From the NCBI GenBank assembly GCA_044225365.1, contig JBGAIQ010000020.1, forward strand, positions 38,741 to 102,740: a DNA stretch of 64,000 nucleotides, written 5' to 3'. Of this stretch, positions 1 to 10,469 are shown piece by piece. The notes under the pieces are model-generated. The model was given only the letters and a program-made list of their open reading frames with translations. It ran no database searches and was not told the origin of the DNA. Every line of letters starts with the position of its first letter. The stretch's first letter is position 1. The stretch is from Planctomycetota bacterium. Its GTDB lineage: Bacteria; Planctomycetota; B15-G4; JADJEK01. Both the position numbers and the translations under genes were made by a program.

Positions 1-2
1 AG

Positions 3-200
3 TTGATCATCACCGAATGCCGCGTCGACGAGGGTCCCCTCCTCGGCGGTGGCGCGCGGTACCGCACGGCTGGCAAGGGTCGCGTGCGTCCCGTCAAGAA
101 GCGAACCGCACACATCCACGTCGGTCTCGACGTCCGCGGCGAACCGGTTCTCCCGGTCCGTTCGGGGAAGTCGGACGCGACTCCGTCGAAGCAGGCCTGA
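3..200 (+). CDS. rplV: 50S ribosomal protein L22 (5'-truncated by window edge)
   Basis: VDEGP...KGR...KRTAHIHV is the C-terminal half of L22; it directly precedes rpsC. Confidence 0.9.
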   Translation: MIITECRVDEGPLLGGGARYRTAGKGRVRPVKKRTAHIHVGLDVRGEPVLPVRSGKSDATPSKQA

Positions 201-215
201 AGGTAAGGCGAACGA

Positions 216-905
216 ATGGGCCAGAAAGTCAATCCCCTCGGTTATCGCATCGGCATCACGGAGCCGTGGCGTTCGCGCTGGTACGCGACGCGCAAGGACT
301 TCAAGCGCCTGCTGCTCGAGGATCAGAAGATCCGCAAGTACATCAAGAAGGAGTTCTACTCCGCCGCGATCCCGCGCATCGACATCGAGCGCACTCGCGA
401 GGCCGTCACGGTGATCGTGTACACCGGTCGTCCCGGCGTCCTCATCGGTCGCAAGGGCGCGAAGGTCGACCAACTGCGGACGGACATCGAGAAGATCTGC
501 GGCACGAAGGTCGACATCCGGACGAAGGAAGTCGACAAGCCGGAGCTCTCCGCGCAGCTCGTCGCCGAGTCGGTGTGCGAGCAGCTCGAGAAGCGCGCGT
601 CCTTCCGCCGCGCGCTCAAGAAGTCGGCGCAGCTCACGATGCAGCAGGGCGCGCTCGGCATCAAGATCACGGTGGGTGGTCGACTCGGTGGCGCCGAAAT
701 GGCTCGCCGCGAGAAGATCGTCTTCGGCTCGGTTCCGCTCTCGACGTTGCGCGCCGACATCGATTTCGGATACGCGATCGCGCGCACGACCTACGGCGTC
801 ATCGGCTGCAAGACGTGGGTCTACCGCGGCATGTTGCCGGTCAAGGAAAAGAAGCGTCAGGGCGTCAAGACCCCTGTGGAGGTCACCCATGGCAATGATG
901 CCTAA
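216..905 (+). CDS. rpsC: 30S ribosomal protein S3
   Basis: MGQKVNPLGYRIG, GRLGGAEMAR, TLRADID motifs. Confidence 0.98.
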   Translation: MGQKVNPLGYRIGITEPWRSRWYATRKDFKRLLLEDQKIRKYIKKEFYSAAIPRIDIERTREAVTVIVYTGRPGVLIGRKGAKVDQLRTDIEKICGTKVDIRTKEVDKPELSAQLVAESVCEQLEKRASFRRALKKSAQLTMQQGALGIKITVGGRLGGAEMARREKIVFGSVPLSTLRADIDFGYAIARTTYGVIGCKTWVYRGMLPVKEKKRQGVKTPVEVTHGNDA

Positions 906-1302
906 ACGTGTCCTGCACCGCAAACAGCAGCGAGGCCGCATCCGCGGCGTCGCGCAGCGCGGGAACACGGTCGAATTCGGTGAGGTCGGACTGCAGGCGC
1001 TCGATCCGTGCTGGCTCTCGGCGCGGCAGATCGAGGCGGGTCGCGTGGCGCTCTCGCGCGCGGTGCCCGGCGGGAAGATCTACATCCGAGTCTTCCCTCA
1101 CAAACCGATCACCTCGATTCCGCTCGAAACCCGCATGGGTAAGGGCAAGGGTGAACCGGAGTACTACGCGGCGGTCGTGAAGCCCGGAACCGTGATCTTC
1201 GAAGTCGGCGGCGTTCCCGAAGCCGACGCTCAGGTTGCGCTCCTGCGTGCCGTTCACAAGCTGCCGATTCGTTGTCGCATGGTCAAACGGAGGCACCGCT
1301 GA
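889..1302 (+). CDS. rplP: 50S ribosomal protein L16
   Basis: MAMMPKR...RMGKGKG; start reset to ATG 889 within ORF 676..1302. Confidence 0.97.
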   Translation: MAMMPKRVLHRKQQRGRIRGVAQRGNTVEFGEVGLQALDPCWLSARQIEAGRVALSRAVPGGKIYIRVFPHKPITSIPLETRMGKGKGEPEYYAAVVKPGTVIFEVGGVPEADAQVALLRAVHKLPIRCRMVKRRHR

Positions 1303-1514
1303 TGGCTGCCGACCCGCGTATCAAGGAACTTCGCCAGAAGGACGGCAAGGAGCTCGAGCTCGACCTCAAGGCGCTGCAAGAAGAACTCTTCAAGCTGCGC
1401 TTCCAGTCGACGACCGAGAAGCTCGCGAATCCTTCGCGTATTGGGCAGATCCGTAGGCAGATCGCCCGCATCCTCACGCTCCAGCGCGGTCGGCAGACCG
1501 CGGCCAAGCAGTGA
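1302..1514 (+). CDS. rpmC: 50S ribosomal protein L29
   Basis: ELFKLRFQ...[10 protein letters not shown]; ATG overlaps the rplP stop (TGATG). Confidence 0.95.
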   Translation: MAADPRIKELRQKDGKELELDLKALQEELFKLRFQSTTEKLANPSRIGQIRRQIARILTLQRGRQTAAKQ

Positions 1515-1525
1515 ACGGACGAAAC

Positions 1526-1852
1526 ATGAGCGACAAAACAGAAACGGGCCACGGCCGTCCCACCAAGCAGGGTGTGGTCACCTCGAACAAGATGACGAAG
1601 ACCATCACGGTCCAAGTCGATCGCCTGGTGCGCCATCCTCTGTACGGCAAGTTCATCAAGCGTCGCACCAAGCTGCACGCTCACGACGAGAACCAGGAAG
1701 CGAAGATCGGCGACTTCGTCGAGGTCGAGTTCACCCGGCCGGTCTCGAAGCTGAAGCGCTGGCGCCTCGTTCGCATCATCCGGCGAGGGTCGGATACGAC
1801 GGCCCCGGTGCCGGGCGACATCGCGGCCATCCAGGCTGAGGTGAAGGCATGA
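1526..1852 (+). CDS. rpsQ: 30S ribosomal protein S17
   Basis: [29 protein letters not shown]. Confidence 0.96.
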   Translation: MSDKTETGHGRPTKQGVVTSNKMTKTITVQVDRLVRHPLYGKFIKRRTKLHAHDENQEAKIGDFVEVEFTRPVSKLKRWRLVRIIRRGSDTTAPVPGDIAAIQAEVKA

Positions 1853-2217
1853 TCCAGCAAGAAACCATGCTCGACGTCGCCGACAACTCCGGCGCCAAGA
1901 TCGTGAAGTGCTTCAAGGTGCTCGGCGGTACGAAGCGTCGCTACGCGAGCATCGGCGACATCATCATCGGCTCGGTGCGCAAGGCGTTGCCAGCAGGTGA
2001 AGTGAAAGAACATCAGGTCGTGCGCGGCGTCATCGTCCGCACGCGTCAGGCGGTTCGCCGCGAGGATGGCAGCTACGTGCGGTTCGACCGCAACGCCTGC
2101 GTCCTGATCGACAAGGAAAACAATCCGATCGGCACGCGTATCTTCGGAGCCGTCTCGCGCGAACTGCGCGCGAAGAAGTTCACGAAGATCCTCTCGCTGG
2201 CCGCCGAGGTGGTGTGA
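1849..2217 (+). CDS. rplN: 50S ribosomal protein L14
   Basis: [17 protein letters not shown]...GTRIFGAV...SLAAEVV. Confidence 0.98.
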   Translation: MIQQETMLDVADNSGAKIVKCFKVLGGTKRRYASIGDIIIGSVRKALPAGEVKEHQVVRGVIVRTRQAVRREDGSYVRFDRNACVLIDKENNPIGTRIFGAVSRELRAKKFTKILSLAAEVV

Positions 2218-2221
2218 AGAC

Positions 2222-2593
2222 ATGGCTCATGCGCACAAGAAGCTGAAGGCGATGCGCCGCGCCGAGTTCAAGCACTCGGTTCCGGTGATCCGTCGCGACG
2301 ACAAGGTCCAGGTGATGAGCGGAGACGACTCCGGCAAGATCGGCAAGGTCCTCGCGGTCCTGCCGGCGCGTCAGCGCGTCGTCGTCGAAGGCACCAACGT
2401 GATCTTTCGCCACGTGAAGAAGTCGCCGAAGTACCCGCAGGGCGGCCGCATCGAGCGCGAAGCCCCGATCCACATCTCGAAGGTCCTGCTCTTCTGCGAC
2501 AAGTGCAACAAGGGCGGCCGGGTTCGGATCGAACTCGACGGCGACAAGAAGTTCCGCGCCTGCCGCAAGTGTGGCACGCGCATCACGACGTGA
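2222..2593 (+). CDS. rplX: 50S ribosomal protein L24
   Basis: [20 protein letters not shown] motif, EAPIHISKV; synteny. Confidence 0.95.
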   Translation: MAHAHKKLKAMRRAEFKHSVPVIRRDDKVQVMSGDDSGKIGKVLAVLPARQRVVVEGTNVIFRHVKKSPKYPQGGRIEREAPIHISKVLLFCDKCNKGGRVRIELDGDKKFRACRKCGTRITT

Positions 2594-2657
2594 CCTGAAC
2601 CGCACCGGCGACCGACCCGAGACGAAACCACAACCCTTACCGTCGAACATCTCGATC

Positions 2658-3275
2658 ATGGCGAAGCCCGACAAGAAGAAACCGAGTGATCCCGGCACCC
2701 CGAGCGCCGCGGCCGTCGCCGAACCGGCGCCGACCCCGCGTCTGCTCGAGAAGTACAACGGCGAGATCCGTCCCGCGCTGCGGCAGCGCTTCGGTATCAA
2801 GAACGACATGGCAGCGCCGAGGCTGTCGAAGATCGTCCTCAACATGGGCGTCGGCAAGGCCCGCGAGAACAAGGCGTTGATCGAGACCGCCGCTGCGGAT
2901 CTCGCGACGATCGCCGGTCAGAAGCCGAAGGTCACCCACGCGAAGACGTCGGTATCCGGTTTCCGTCTGCGCGAGGGCATGCCGATCGGCTGCGTCGTCA
3001 CGTTGCGTGGCAAGCGCATGTACGAGTTCCTCGACCGCCTCGTTTCGGTGGCCATCCCCCGTATCAAGGACTTCCGCGGACTGTCGCGCAAGTCGTTCGA
3101 CGGGCGTGGTAACTACTCGATGGGTCTCTCGGAGCAGGGTGTGTTCCCGGAGATCCGGGTCGACAACCTTCAGTTCGTGCAAGGTCTCGACGTGACGATC
3201 TGTACGACGGCGGACGACGACGCCAAAGCCGAGGCGCTCCTCGAGTCCTTCGGCATGCCGTTCCGAGCGCGCTGA
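2658..3275 (+). CDS. rplE: 50S ribosomal protein L5
   Basis: [32 protein letters not shown]; start set at ATG 2658. Confidence 0.97.
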   Translation: MAKPDKKKPSDPGTPSAAAVAEPAPTPRLLEKYNGEIRPALRQRFGIKNDMAAPRLSKIVLNMGVGKARENKALIETAAADLATIAGQKPKVTHAKTSVSGFRLREGMPIGCVVTLRGKRMYEFLDRLVSVAIPRIKDFRGLSRKSFDGRGNYSMGLSEQGVFPEIRVDNLQFVQGLDVTICTTADDDAKAEALLESFGMPFRAR

Positions 3276-3349
3276 GTGAAACCGGTTGACCTGACGAAGT
3301 TCGAGTCCGAACGAATCGCAAAGCAGAGAGAGCAGAGAGGACGTTAGCG

Positions 3350-3535
3350 GTGGGTAAGACGAGCTGGATGTACAGGGTCACGCAGGTCCCGAAGTTCAAG
3401 GTTCGGGGTTATACCCGTTGCTCGCTCTGCGGTCGCGCGCGCGCCGTCTATCGCAAGTTCGGCCTGTGCCGACTCTGCTTCCGGATGCTCGCTCTCAAGG
3501 GCGAGATTCCGGGCGTCCGCAAGGCTTCGTGGTGA
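3350..3535 (+). CDS. rpsN: 30S ribosomal protein S14 (Zn-binding type Z)
   Basis: 61 aa, RCSLCGR...LCRLCFR...IPGVRKASW. Confidence 0.97.
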   Translation: MGKTSWMYRVTQVPKFKVRGYTRCSLCGRARAVYRKFGLCRLCFRMLALKGEIPGVRKASW

Positions 3536-3578
3536 TGCGTAGGTCACAGCGAACAGGAAGAACGAGGAATACGCGCCC

Positions 3579-3977
3579 ATGACGATGACCGACCCTATCG
3601 CCGATCTGTTGACCCAAATCCGGAACGGTGTGAACGCCCGCAAGAAGTCGATCACGCTGCCCACCTCCAAGGTGAAGGCAGCGATCTGCGACGTCCTCAA
3701 GCGTGAGGGCTGGATCGAGGACTACTCGGTCGTCGCCGACGGCATCGCCGGTTCGCTCAAGGTCAAGCTCAAGTACGATCCCGACGGCGTGTCGGTGATT
3801 CGTGAGATCCAACGCTCCAGCAAGCCGGGTCGCCGGCAGTACTACGACGTCCGAACGATGCCACGAGTCTTCTCCGGGCACGGAATCGCGGTCATCTCGA
3901 CGTCGAAGGGTGTGATCTCCGACCGTGAAGCGCGCAAAGAGCGCGTCGGCGGAGAGTGTCTGTGCACGGTGTTCTGA
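3579..3977 (+). CDS. rpsH: 30S ribosomal protein S8
   Basis: MTDPIADLLTQIRN, SKPGRR, STSKG, GGE. Confidence 0.97.
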   Translation: MTMTDPIADLLTQIRNGVNARKKSITLPTSKVKAAICDVLKREGWIEDYSVVADGIAGSLKVKLKYDPDGVSVIREIQRSSKPGRRQYYDVRTMPRVFSGHGIAVISTSKGVISDREARKERVGGECLCTVF

Positions 3978-3989
3978 GACGGTGCCAAC

Positions 3990-4529
3990 GTGTCTAGAAT
4001 CGGCAAACAACCAGTCCTCGTTCCCACCGGCGTGAAGGCCTCCATGGCGGAGCGCACGCTCGTGGTCGAAAAAGGCAACCAGAAGCTCTCGCGCTGGATC
4101 GACCCCGCGATCGACGTGAAGATCGACGCCACGTCGATCGTCTTCGAGCGCAAGGGTGACACCAAGCGGGAGCGCGCGCTTCACGGAACCTATCGCGCCC
4201 TGGCCCATTCGATGGTGCACGGGCTCGTGAAGGGTTACGAGAAGCGACTGCAGATCATCGGCGTCGGCTTCGGCGCCAAGGTGCAGGGCAAGGTCGTCGA
4301 GCTGAACGTCGGTTTTGCGCTTCCGCGCAAGATCGCGATTCCAGCCGGAGTGACCGTCGAATGCCCGAAGCCTGAAGAAGTCGTCGTGAAGGGCGCGGAC
4401 AAGGAAGCGGTGGGACAGCTCGCCGCGACGTTGCGCCTGCAGCGGCCCCCCGAACCCTACAAGGGCAAGGGTCTGCGCTACGTCGACGAAGTCGTCAAGC
4501 GCAAGCAGGGCAAGGCGGCGGGTACGTAA
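3990..4529 (+). CDS. rplF: 50S ribosomal protein L6
   Basis: MSRIGKQPV...PEPYKGKG. Confidence 0.98.
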   Translation: MSRIGKQPVLVPTGVKASMAERTLVVEKGNQKLSRWIDPAIDVKIDATSIVFERKGDTKRERALHGTYRALAHSMVHGLVKGYEKRLQIIGVGFGAKVQGKVVELNVGFALPRKIAIPAGVTVECPKPEEVVVKGADKEAVGQLAATLRLQRPPEPYKGKGLRYVDEVVKRKQGKAAGT

Positions 4530-4571
4530 TCTTCGCGGCAGGACGTCGCACAGCAAAGCAGCAGGACGGAT

Positions 4572-4943
4572 ATGGCGAACCATCAGAAAGTCATGCAAGG
4601 CAAGCGCGAGCGCAAGACGCTCGCGGTGCGATCGCGGGTGCGCGGGACGGCGGGCAAGCCGCGTCTCGCGGTCTTCCGCTCGAGCAAGTTCATCTACGCG
4701 CAGGCGATCGACGACGATCGCGGCGCGACCCTGGCGGCGGCTTCCGAGATCGAGAAGGATCTGCGGGACGTCTGTGCGCAGGGAACCAAGCTCGATGCGG
4801 CGAAGATCGTCGGCAAGAAGATCGCAGAGCGCCTGTCCGCGCACGGCGTGACGCGAGTGGTGTTCGATCGCCGTTGGTATCGTTACCACGGCCGAGTGAA
4901 GGCGTTGGCCGATGCGGCGCGCGAAGGTGGCTTGAAGTTCTGA
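4572..4943 (+). CDS. rplR: 50S ribosomal protein L18
   Basis: PRLAVFRS...VVFDR...[19 protein letters not shown]. Confidence 0.98.
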   Translation: MANHQKVMQGKRERKTLAVRSRVRGTAGKPRLAVFRSSKFIYAQAIDDDRGATLAAASEIEKDLRDVCAQGTKLDAAKIVGKKIAERLSAHGVTRVVFDRRWYRYHGRVKALADAAREGGLKF

Positions 4944-5017
4944 GCTCGGACGCGGGGGCCGCATGATGCGGCGCGACCCGCGGCAAAGGCTCGCTCTCGA
5001 TAGACCGGTTGGAATCC

Positions 5018-5521
5018 ATGACGAACAATGAAGCGCAGCAATCCGGCCAGAACGTCCAGTACTTCGAGGAGACGGTCGTCAAGGTCAATCGCTCCGCCAA
5101 GGTCGTGAAGGGCGGACGCCGCTTCTCGTTCTCGGCACTCGTGGTGATCGGGAACAAGAACGGACGGGTCGGCATCGGCTTCGGCAAGGCGAAGGAAGTG
5201 CCTTCGGCCGTGACGAAGGCGGTGAAGCATGCGCGCAAGGACCTGCGCCGCATCCACCTCGTCGGCACCACGATCCCGCACACGGTCGAGGGCCGCTTCG
5301 GCGCCTCCCGCGTGCGACTCATCCCGGCCGCACCCGGCACCGGCCTCATCGCCGGAGCTTCGGCCCGCGCCGTGCTCGAATTCGCGGGTGTCACGGACAT
5401 CCTGACCAAGGCCACGGGCTCGACGAACCCGATCAATCTGGTTCGCGCCACGATGGATGGACTCATGAAGCTGCGCTCGCGCGAAGAAACCGAGCGGATG
5501 CGCGGAGTGTCGATCGCATGA
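5018..5521 (+). CDS. rpsE: 30S ribosomal protein S5
   Basis: [32 protein letters not shown]. Confidence 0.97.
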   Translation: MTNNEAQQSGQNVQYFEETVVKVNRSAKVVKGGRRFSFSALVVIGNKNGRVGIGFGKAKEVPSAVTKAVKHARKDLRRIHLVGTTIPHTVEGRFGASRVRLIPAAPGTGLIAGASARAVLEFAGVTDILTKATGSTNPINLVRATMDGLMKLRSREETERMRGVSIA

Positions 5522-5967
5522 ACCTGAACGATGTGATGAATGCGGGTCCGAAGCATACGAAGCTGCGACGAGTGGGTCGCGGCCTCGGCTCGGGCATGGG
5601 CAAGACGTCGACCCGCGGCCAGAAGGGCCACGGCGCGCGCGAGAGTTTCGGCGGCAAGCTTGGCTTCGAAGGTGGCCAGATGCCGCTGTTCCGCCGCTTG
5701 CCGAAGCGCGGGTTCACCAATGGTCGTTATCGCGTCGACTACGCGGTCGTCAATCTCGCCGTGCTCGACAAGCACTTTGGCGCGGGCGACGAAGTGACGC
5801 TCGAAGTCCTCCGTGCGAAGGGACTCATCACCGGTAGCCGCGACCTCCTCAAGGTCTTGGGTTCCGGCGAGGTCACGAAGGCGATCCACGTGAAGGCCGA
5901 CGCGTTCTCGGAGGCCGCCGCGAAGAAGATCGAGACCGCAGGCGGCAAGGCGGAGAGGATCGCGTGA
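5518..5967 (+). CDS. rplO: 50S ribosomal protein L15
   Basis: [30 protein letters not shown]. Confidence 0.98.
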   Translation: MNLNDVMNAGPKHTKLRRVGRGLGSGMGKTSTRGQKGHGARESFGGKLGFEGGQMPLFRRLPKRGFTNGRYRVDYAVVNLAVLDKHFGAGDEVTLEVLRAKGLITGSRDLLKVLGSGEVTKAIHVKADAFSEAAAKKIETAGGKAERIA

Positions 5968-7307
5968 TCCAGAACTTCCTGAACGTCTTCCGGATCCCGG
6001 AACTCCGACAGAAGGTGTGGGTGACAGTCCTGTTGCTCATCGCCTATCGCGTCGGCTTCCATATTCCGTTTCCGGGTATCGACGTCACGAAGATCCAGGA
6101 CGCGACGCGGCAGCAGAGCTTCATCTTCGGCATCATGAATTCGCTCTCCGGCGGCGCGATCGGCAAGACCGTGCTGTTCGCCCTCGGAGTGATGCCGTAC
6201 ATCTCGGCGTCGATCGTCTTCTCGCTCCTCATCAAGATGATCCCGGCTCTCGAAGCCCTCCAGAAGGAAGGCCTTGCGGGGCAGCGCAAGATCAATCAGT
6301 ACACCCGCTGGGCTGCGGTCCCGGTGTGCATCGTTCAGTCGCTGTTCATTCTCCACGGCATGATCCTGCCAGCGGCGCGACGCGACGGACTGATCGCGAG
6401 CTCGATCCTCGACTCCAGCACGTCGCTCTTCTTCTACGAGATCATGATGATCATCGGCTTCACGGCCGGAACGCTCCTCATCATGTGGATCGGTGAGAAG
6501 ATCAGCGAGCACGGCATCGGCAACGGCATCTCGCTCATCATCATGGGCGGCATCGTCGCTGACTTGCCCGCGACCTTCCAGAACCTGACGAGCGCGCTCG
6601 AGGCGGAGACCCGCTACCAGACGTTGCTCACCTTCGTCGCGCTCTACTTCGCGATCGTGCTCGGAATCGTGTACGTCACGAAGGGTCAGCGCCGAATTCC
6701 CATCACGCATCAGAAACACGTCAGCGGACGGCGCGTCATGGGGCAGCAGCGATCCTATCTGCCGTTGAAGGTCAATCACGCCAACGTGATGCCGATCATC
6801 TTCGCGCAGGCGTTGTGGATCCTCCCGGTCGCGATGGCGAAGATCCCCGGCCTCGGCTTCCTCGAGAAGTCGTTCGAGTGGGGCAGCTTCTGGTGGGTCG
6901 TGCTCTACTGCGGGATGATCTACTTCTTCTCGTACTTCTGGACCGCCCTGATGTTCCAGCCGAACGAGATCGCGAACAACCTGAAAGAGCATGGCGCATT
7001 CGTTCCGGGTCTGCGCCCGGGCAAGCGCACGGCGGATGAGCTGGAGCGCATCATGACGCGCATCACGCTCGTCGGCGCGACGTTCCTCTGCATGATGTCG
7101 CTGGTGCCGGCCGTGGTGTCCTCGAAGTTCTCGAACATCTCGCCGACGCTCGCGCACTTCCTCGGCGGAACGACCATCCTGATCGTCGTCGGTGTCGCTC
7201 TCGACCTCGTCGACAAGGTCAACGCGCACATGTTGATGCGCAACTACGAAGGCTTGATGGGCGGAGGCAGCGGATCCTCGAACTGGACCCGCGGTCGCCG
7301 CAAATGA
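5964..7307 (+). CDS. secY: Preprotein translocase subunit SecY
   Basis: Multiple TM helices; [27 protein letters not shown]. Confidence 0.98.
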   Translation: MIQNFLNVFRIPELRQKVWVTVLLLIAYRVGFHIPFPGIDVTKIQDATRQQSFIFGIMNSLSGGAIGKTVLFALGVMPYISASIVFSLLIKMIPALEALQKEGLAGQRKINQYTRWAAVPVCIVQSLFILHGMILPAARRDGLIASSILDSSTSLFFYEIMMIIGFTAGTLLIMWIGEKISEHGIGNGISLIIMGGIVADLPATFQNLTSALEAETRYQTLLTFVALYFAIVLGIVYVTKGQRRIPITHQKHVSGRRVMGQQRSYLPLKVNHANVMPIIFAQALWILPVAMAKIPGLGFLEKSFEWGSFWWVVLYCGMIYFFSYFWTALMFQPNEIANNLKEHGAFVPGLRPGKRTADELERIMTRITLVGATFLCMMSLVPAVVSSKFSNISPTLAHFLGGTTILIVVGVALDLVDKVNAHMLMRNYEGLMGGGSGSSNWTRGRRK

Positions 7308-7359
7308 ACGAACTGAATCGATCGACCGGAAAGGATCCTTACCTGAACAACGGAGCGGA

Positions 7360-7581
7360 GTGAAGTTGGCCAAAGAAGAGGCGATTCGTGTGACAGCTAC
7401 CGTGAAGGAGGCGCTCCCCAACGCCGTCTTTCGCGTGGCGCTCGAGAACGGGCATATCGTGATTGCCCATGTTTCCGGCAAGATGCGCATGCACTTCATT
7501 CGCATCCTCCCCGGCGACAAGGTGACCGTCGAACTGTCGCAATACGATCTCACCAAAGGCCGAATCGTCTACCGCGAGTAG
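7360..7581 (+). CDS. infA: Translation initiation factor IF-1
   Basis: [10 protein letters not shown]...[17 protein letters not shown]...YDLTKGRI. Confidence 0.98.
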   Translation: MKLAKEEAIRVTATVKEALPNAVFRVALENGHIVIAHVSGKMRMHFIRILPGDKVTVELSQYDLTKGRIVYRE

Positions 7582-7649
7582 GCGCTTCAACGAGTTTCCG
7601 AAGTTTGAGTGTCTCGAGGATCGAGCCCAAGTCCGGTATCGGAGCAACC

Positions 7650-7766
7650 ATGAAGGTCCGTGCGTCGGTGCGAAGAATCTGTGAGAGCTGCAAGATCGTG
7701 CGCCGCAAAGGCGTGGTGCGCGTGATCTGCAGCGAGTCCCGTCACAAGCAGCGTCAGGGCAAGTGA
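7650..7766 (+). CDS. rpmJ: 50S ribosomal protein L36 (not in the supplied ORF track)
   Basis: Hand translation: [38 protein letters not shown]; GGAG upstream. Confidence 0.96.
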   Translation: MKVRASVRRICESCKIVRRKGVVRVICSESRHKQRQGK

Positions 7767-7805
7767 GCGGTAATCCAGTCCTGACCCAGAATCCGAGGAA
7801 CGAAG

Positions 7806-8186
7806 ATGCCCCGTCTCGTCGGTATTGATATCCCAAACGATAAGCGCACCGTGATTGCGCTGACGTACATCTACGGGATCGGCCGCGTCACTGCGGAGCG
7901 CCTGTGCAAGGAGCTCCAGATCAACCCGAGCACGCGTGCGAAGGACCTCACCGAAGAGGAACTCGCGCGTCTCGCCGCGTTCGTCGACAAGAACATCCCG
8001 GTCGAGGGCAACCTCCGCCGTCAGGTGTCGATGAACATCCAGCGCTTGCGCGACATCGGTTGCTATCGCGGCAGCCGGCATCGTCGCAGCCTGCCCGTGC
8101 GCGGACAGCGCACGCGGACCAATGCGCGTACGCGCAAGGGCCCGAAGAAGACGGTCGCCGGTAAGAAGGCCGTCAAGGCCAAGTGA
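7806..8186 (+). CDS. rpsM: 30S ribosomal protein S13
   Basis: [26 protein letters not shown]. Confidence 0.98.
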   Translation: MPRLVGIDIPNDKRTVIALTYIYGIGRVTAERLCKELQINPSTRAKDLTEEELARLAAFVDKNIPVEGNLRRQVSMNIQRLRDIGCYRGSRHRRSLPVRGQRTRTNARTRKGPKKTVAGKKAVKAK

Positions 8187-8234
8187 TGTTGAACTCGCGG
8201 CAGTCAAGAGCTGCCGCTTAGGAACCTATCGAAC

Positions 8235-8615
8235 ATGGTTGCTGGCAAGAAAAAGAAAGTGCGCAAGGTATCGCCGAAGGCGGTCGCGCACATCAAAGCG
8301 ACGTTCAACAACACGATCGTGGCGATCACCGATCAGAACGGTGAGATCCTCACGTGGTCCTCGGCCGGCAATGTCGGCTACAAGGGATCGCGCAAGAGCA
8401 CGCCGTTCGCCGCGCAGCGCGCCGCCGAGAAAGCGGGCGAGGCCGCGCATCGGATGGGTGTCCGTGAAGTCGAGGTCCGCGTGAACGGTCCGGGCGCTGG
8501 CCGCGAGTCTGCGATCCGAGCCCTTGGCTCGGTCGGACTCATGGTGCGAGCGATCGAAGACCGCACGCCGCTTCCGCACAACGGATGTCGGCCGCGCAAG
8601 CGTCGCCGCGTGTGA
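8235..8615 (+). CDS. rpsK: 30S ribosomal protein S11
   Basis: [29 protein letters not shown]. Confidence 0.98.
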   Translation: MVAGKKKKVRKVSPKAVAHIKATFNNTIVAITDQNGEILTWSSAGNVGYKGSRKSTPFAAQRAAEKAGEAAHRMGVREVEVRVNGPGAGRESAIRALGSVGLMVRAIEDRTPLPHNGCRPRKRRRV

Positions 8616-8803
8616 TGAATCCTGCTTCCGCGCATCACGGCGATCGGCCGGTGGTGCGCCGGAAGCGCGTTCGATGCGACAGCGTCGAGCACGTAAGAGT
8701 TTGAGTTGCCGATCCCCTTCAAGCCGTGCGCCGGGGAAACACGAGCGCGAGTGATCAGGGTGACCTGATCGCGGCATTCCGCGGAGTAGTCGGAGACAAA
8801 GCG

Positions 8804-9823
8804 ATGCGGATTCGTTGGCGAACGTTCGAGTTGCCGAGCAAGGTCCTTCCCGAGAAGGAGAGCCTCACCTCCAATTTCGGACGCTTCTTCATCGAGCCCT
8901 TTGAAAAGGGCTTCGGCCACACGATTGGCAATGGCATTCGGCGCGTTCTGCTGTCCTCGATCGAAGGCAGCGCGATCACGCATGCGAAGATCCAGAACGT
9001 CGTGCACGAGTTCAGCTCGGTACCGGGCGTCCTCGAGGACGTCACGGACATCGTGCTCAATCTGAAGCAGGTGCGCGTCAAGATCGAAGGTGACGAGCCC
9101 GTCACGCTCAAGATCGATATGACCAAGAAGGGTCCGATCACCGCGGGCGACATCGTCTGCGATCAGCGCTCGGAAATCGTGAACTCCGACCTCGTGATCT
9201 GCACGCTTACCGAGAAGACGAATTTCCAGTGCGAGATGCGTGCCCAGAAGGGCCGCGGATACATGACGGCGGACGAGATCCGCACCGAGGACATGGAACT
9301 CGGCATCATTCCGCTCGACTGCATCTTCTCGCCGGTGAAGCGCGTGCGTTACAAGGTCGTGGACACCCGCGTCGGCAAGATCACGAACTACGACAAGCTC
9401 GTGCTCGAGATCTGGACCGATGGCACGGTGCGCCCGGAGCAGGCGCTCGTCGAAGCGGCGAAGGTCTACCGCAAGCATCTCAATCCGTTCGTGCACTACA
9501 GCGTGCCCGGCGAAGACGCGATCGTCGCCGAGTCGGCCGTGCTGGCGGACGAGGAGAAGGAACAGGAACTCGCCCGGCTGCGCGAACTGCTCGGCAAGCC
9601 GATCGAGGAACTCGACCTCTCCGTTCGCGCCCGCAACTGTCTCGACGCCGAGAATCTCCAGTCGGTCGGCGAACTCGTCCGGAAGACCGAGGCGGATCTC
9701 CTCCGCATCAAGAACTTCGGCAAGACGTCGCTCAAGGAGATCAAGAAGAAGCTTCAGGATCTCGGCCTCTCGCTCGGAATGGACCTGCCGGAAGGCGCGG
9801 TCCCGACCGAAGCGAAGGGTTGA
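8804..9823 (+). CDS. rpoA: RNA polymerase alpha subunit
   Basis: EPFEKGFGHTIGN..RRVLLSS, HEFS..PGVLED, alpha-CTD LSVRARNCL..NFGKTSL; ATG 8804 follows GGAG. Confidence 0.98.
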   Translation: MRIRWRTFELPSKVLPEKESLTSNFGRFFIEPFEKGFGHTIGNGIRRVLLSSIEGSAITHAKIQNVVHEFSSVPGVLEDVTDIVLNLKQVRVKIEGDEPVTLKIDMTKKGPITAGDIVCDQRSEIVNSDLVICTLTEKTNFQCEMRAQKGRGYMTADEIRTEDMELGIIPLDCIFSPVKRVRYKVVDTRVGKITNYDKLVLEIWTDGTVRPEQALVEAAKVYRKHLNPFVHYSVPGEDAIVAESAVLADEEKEQELARLRELLGKPIEELDLSVRARNCLDAENLQSVGELVRKTEADLLRIKNFGKTSLKEIKKKLQDLGLSLGMDLPEGAVPTEAKG

Positions 9824-9853
9824 CGTCGCACTCGGGCGCGCGCCGGCGCGCCC

Positions 9854-9926
9854 GACGTTGATTTGCCTGGGGCGTACGACGGTGCGCCGGACGTTGATTT
9901 CCGTAGGGGCGCACGGCTGTGCGCCC
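9854..9926 (+). repeat. GTAG-type REP-like palindrome with a degenerate upstream copy
   Basis: GTAGGGGCGCACGGCTGTGCGCCC at 9903-9926 (stem GGGCGCAC/GTGCGCCC); GACGTTGATTT at 9854 and 9890; near-identical copy at 46538. Confidence 0.7.
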
Positions 9927-9953
9927 GGCCTTTGATAGCAAAGAGAACCCGCC

Positions 9954-10379
9954 ATGGTCAGTCATCGGATGCTCGGTCGGAAGTTCGGCCGCAAGAGCAA
10001 GCATCGCATTGCGATGGGCCGCAACATCCTGAAGTCCCTCATCGAGCACGGCCGCATCACGACGACTTTGCCGAAGGCGAAGGAATACAAGCCGCGCTGC
10101 GAGAAGGTCATCACGCTCGGTCGCGAGAAGACCCTTCACAACATCCGCGAAGTTGCCCGCCGGCTGAACAACGACCGCACGCTCGTGAAGAAGCTGTTCG
10201 ACGAGATCGGACCGCGCTTCAAGGACCGGGCGGGCGGATACCTTCGTATTCGCAAGCTCTCGAAGCCGCGCCTCAACGACAACGCACCGCGCGCGATCCT
10301 CGAGTTCGTCGATTACGTTCCGGCCGCCCCGGCCGCTCCGGCGGACGCCGCCACCGAGGCAACCCCGGCGAGCCCCTGA
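9954..10379 (+). CDS. rplQ: 50S ribosomal protein L17
   Basis: HGRITTTLPKAKE, RFKDRAGGYLRI; Ala/Pro tail. Confidence 0.97.
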   Translation: MVSHRMLGRKFGRKSKHRIAMGRNILKSLIEHGRITTTLPKAKEYKPRCEKVITLGREKTLHNIREVARRLNNDRTLVKKLFDEIGPRFKDRAGGYLRIRKLSKPRLNDNAPRAILEFVDYVPAAPAAPADAATEATPASP

Positions 10380-10469
10380 GCTCGCGCGACTCGACAGGCA
10401 CTCCCGACCATCGACGGGGGTTGCAGGGCCCGATGCCTCGCACGAGGCGCCGGGCCCTTGCCGTTCTTC

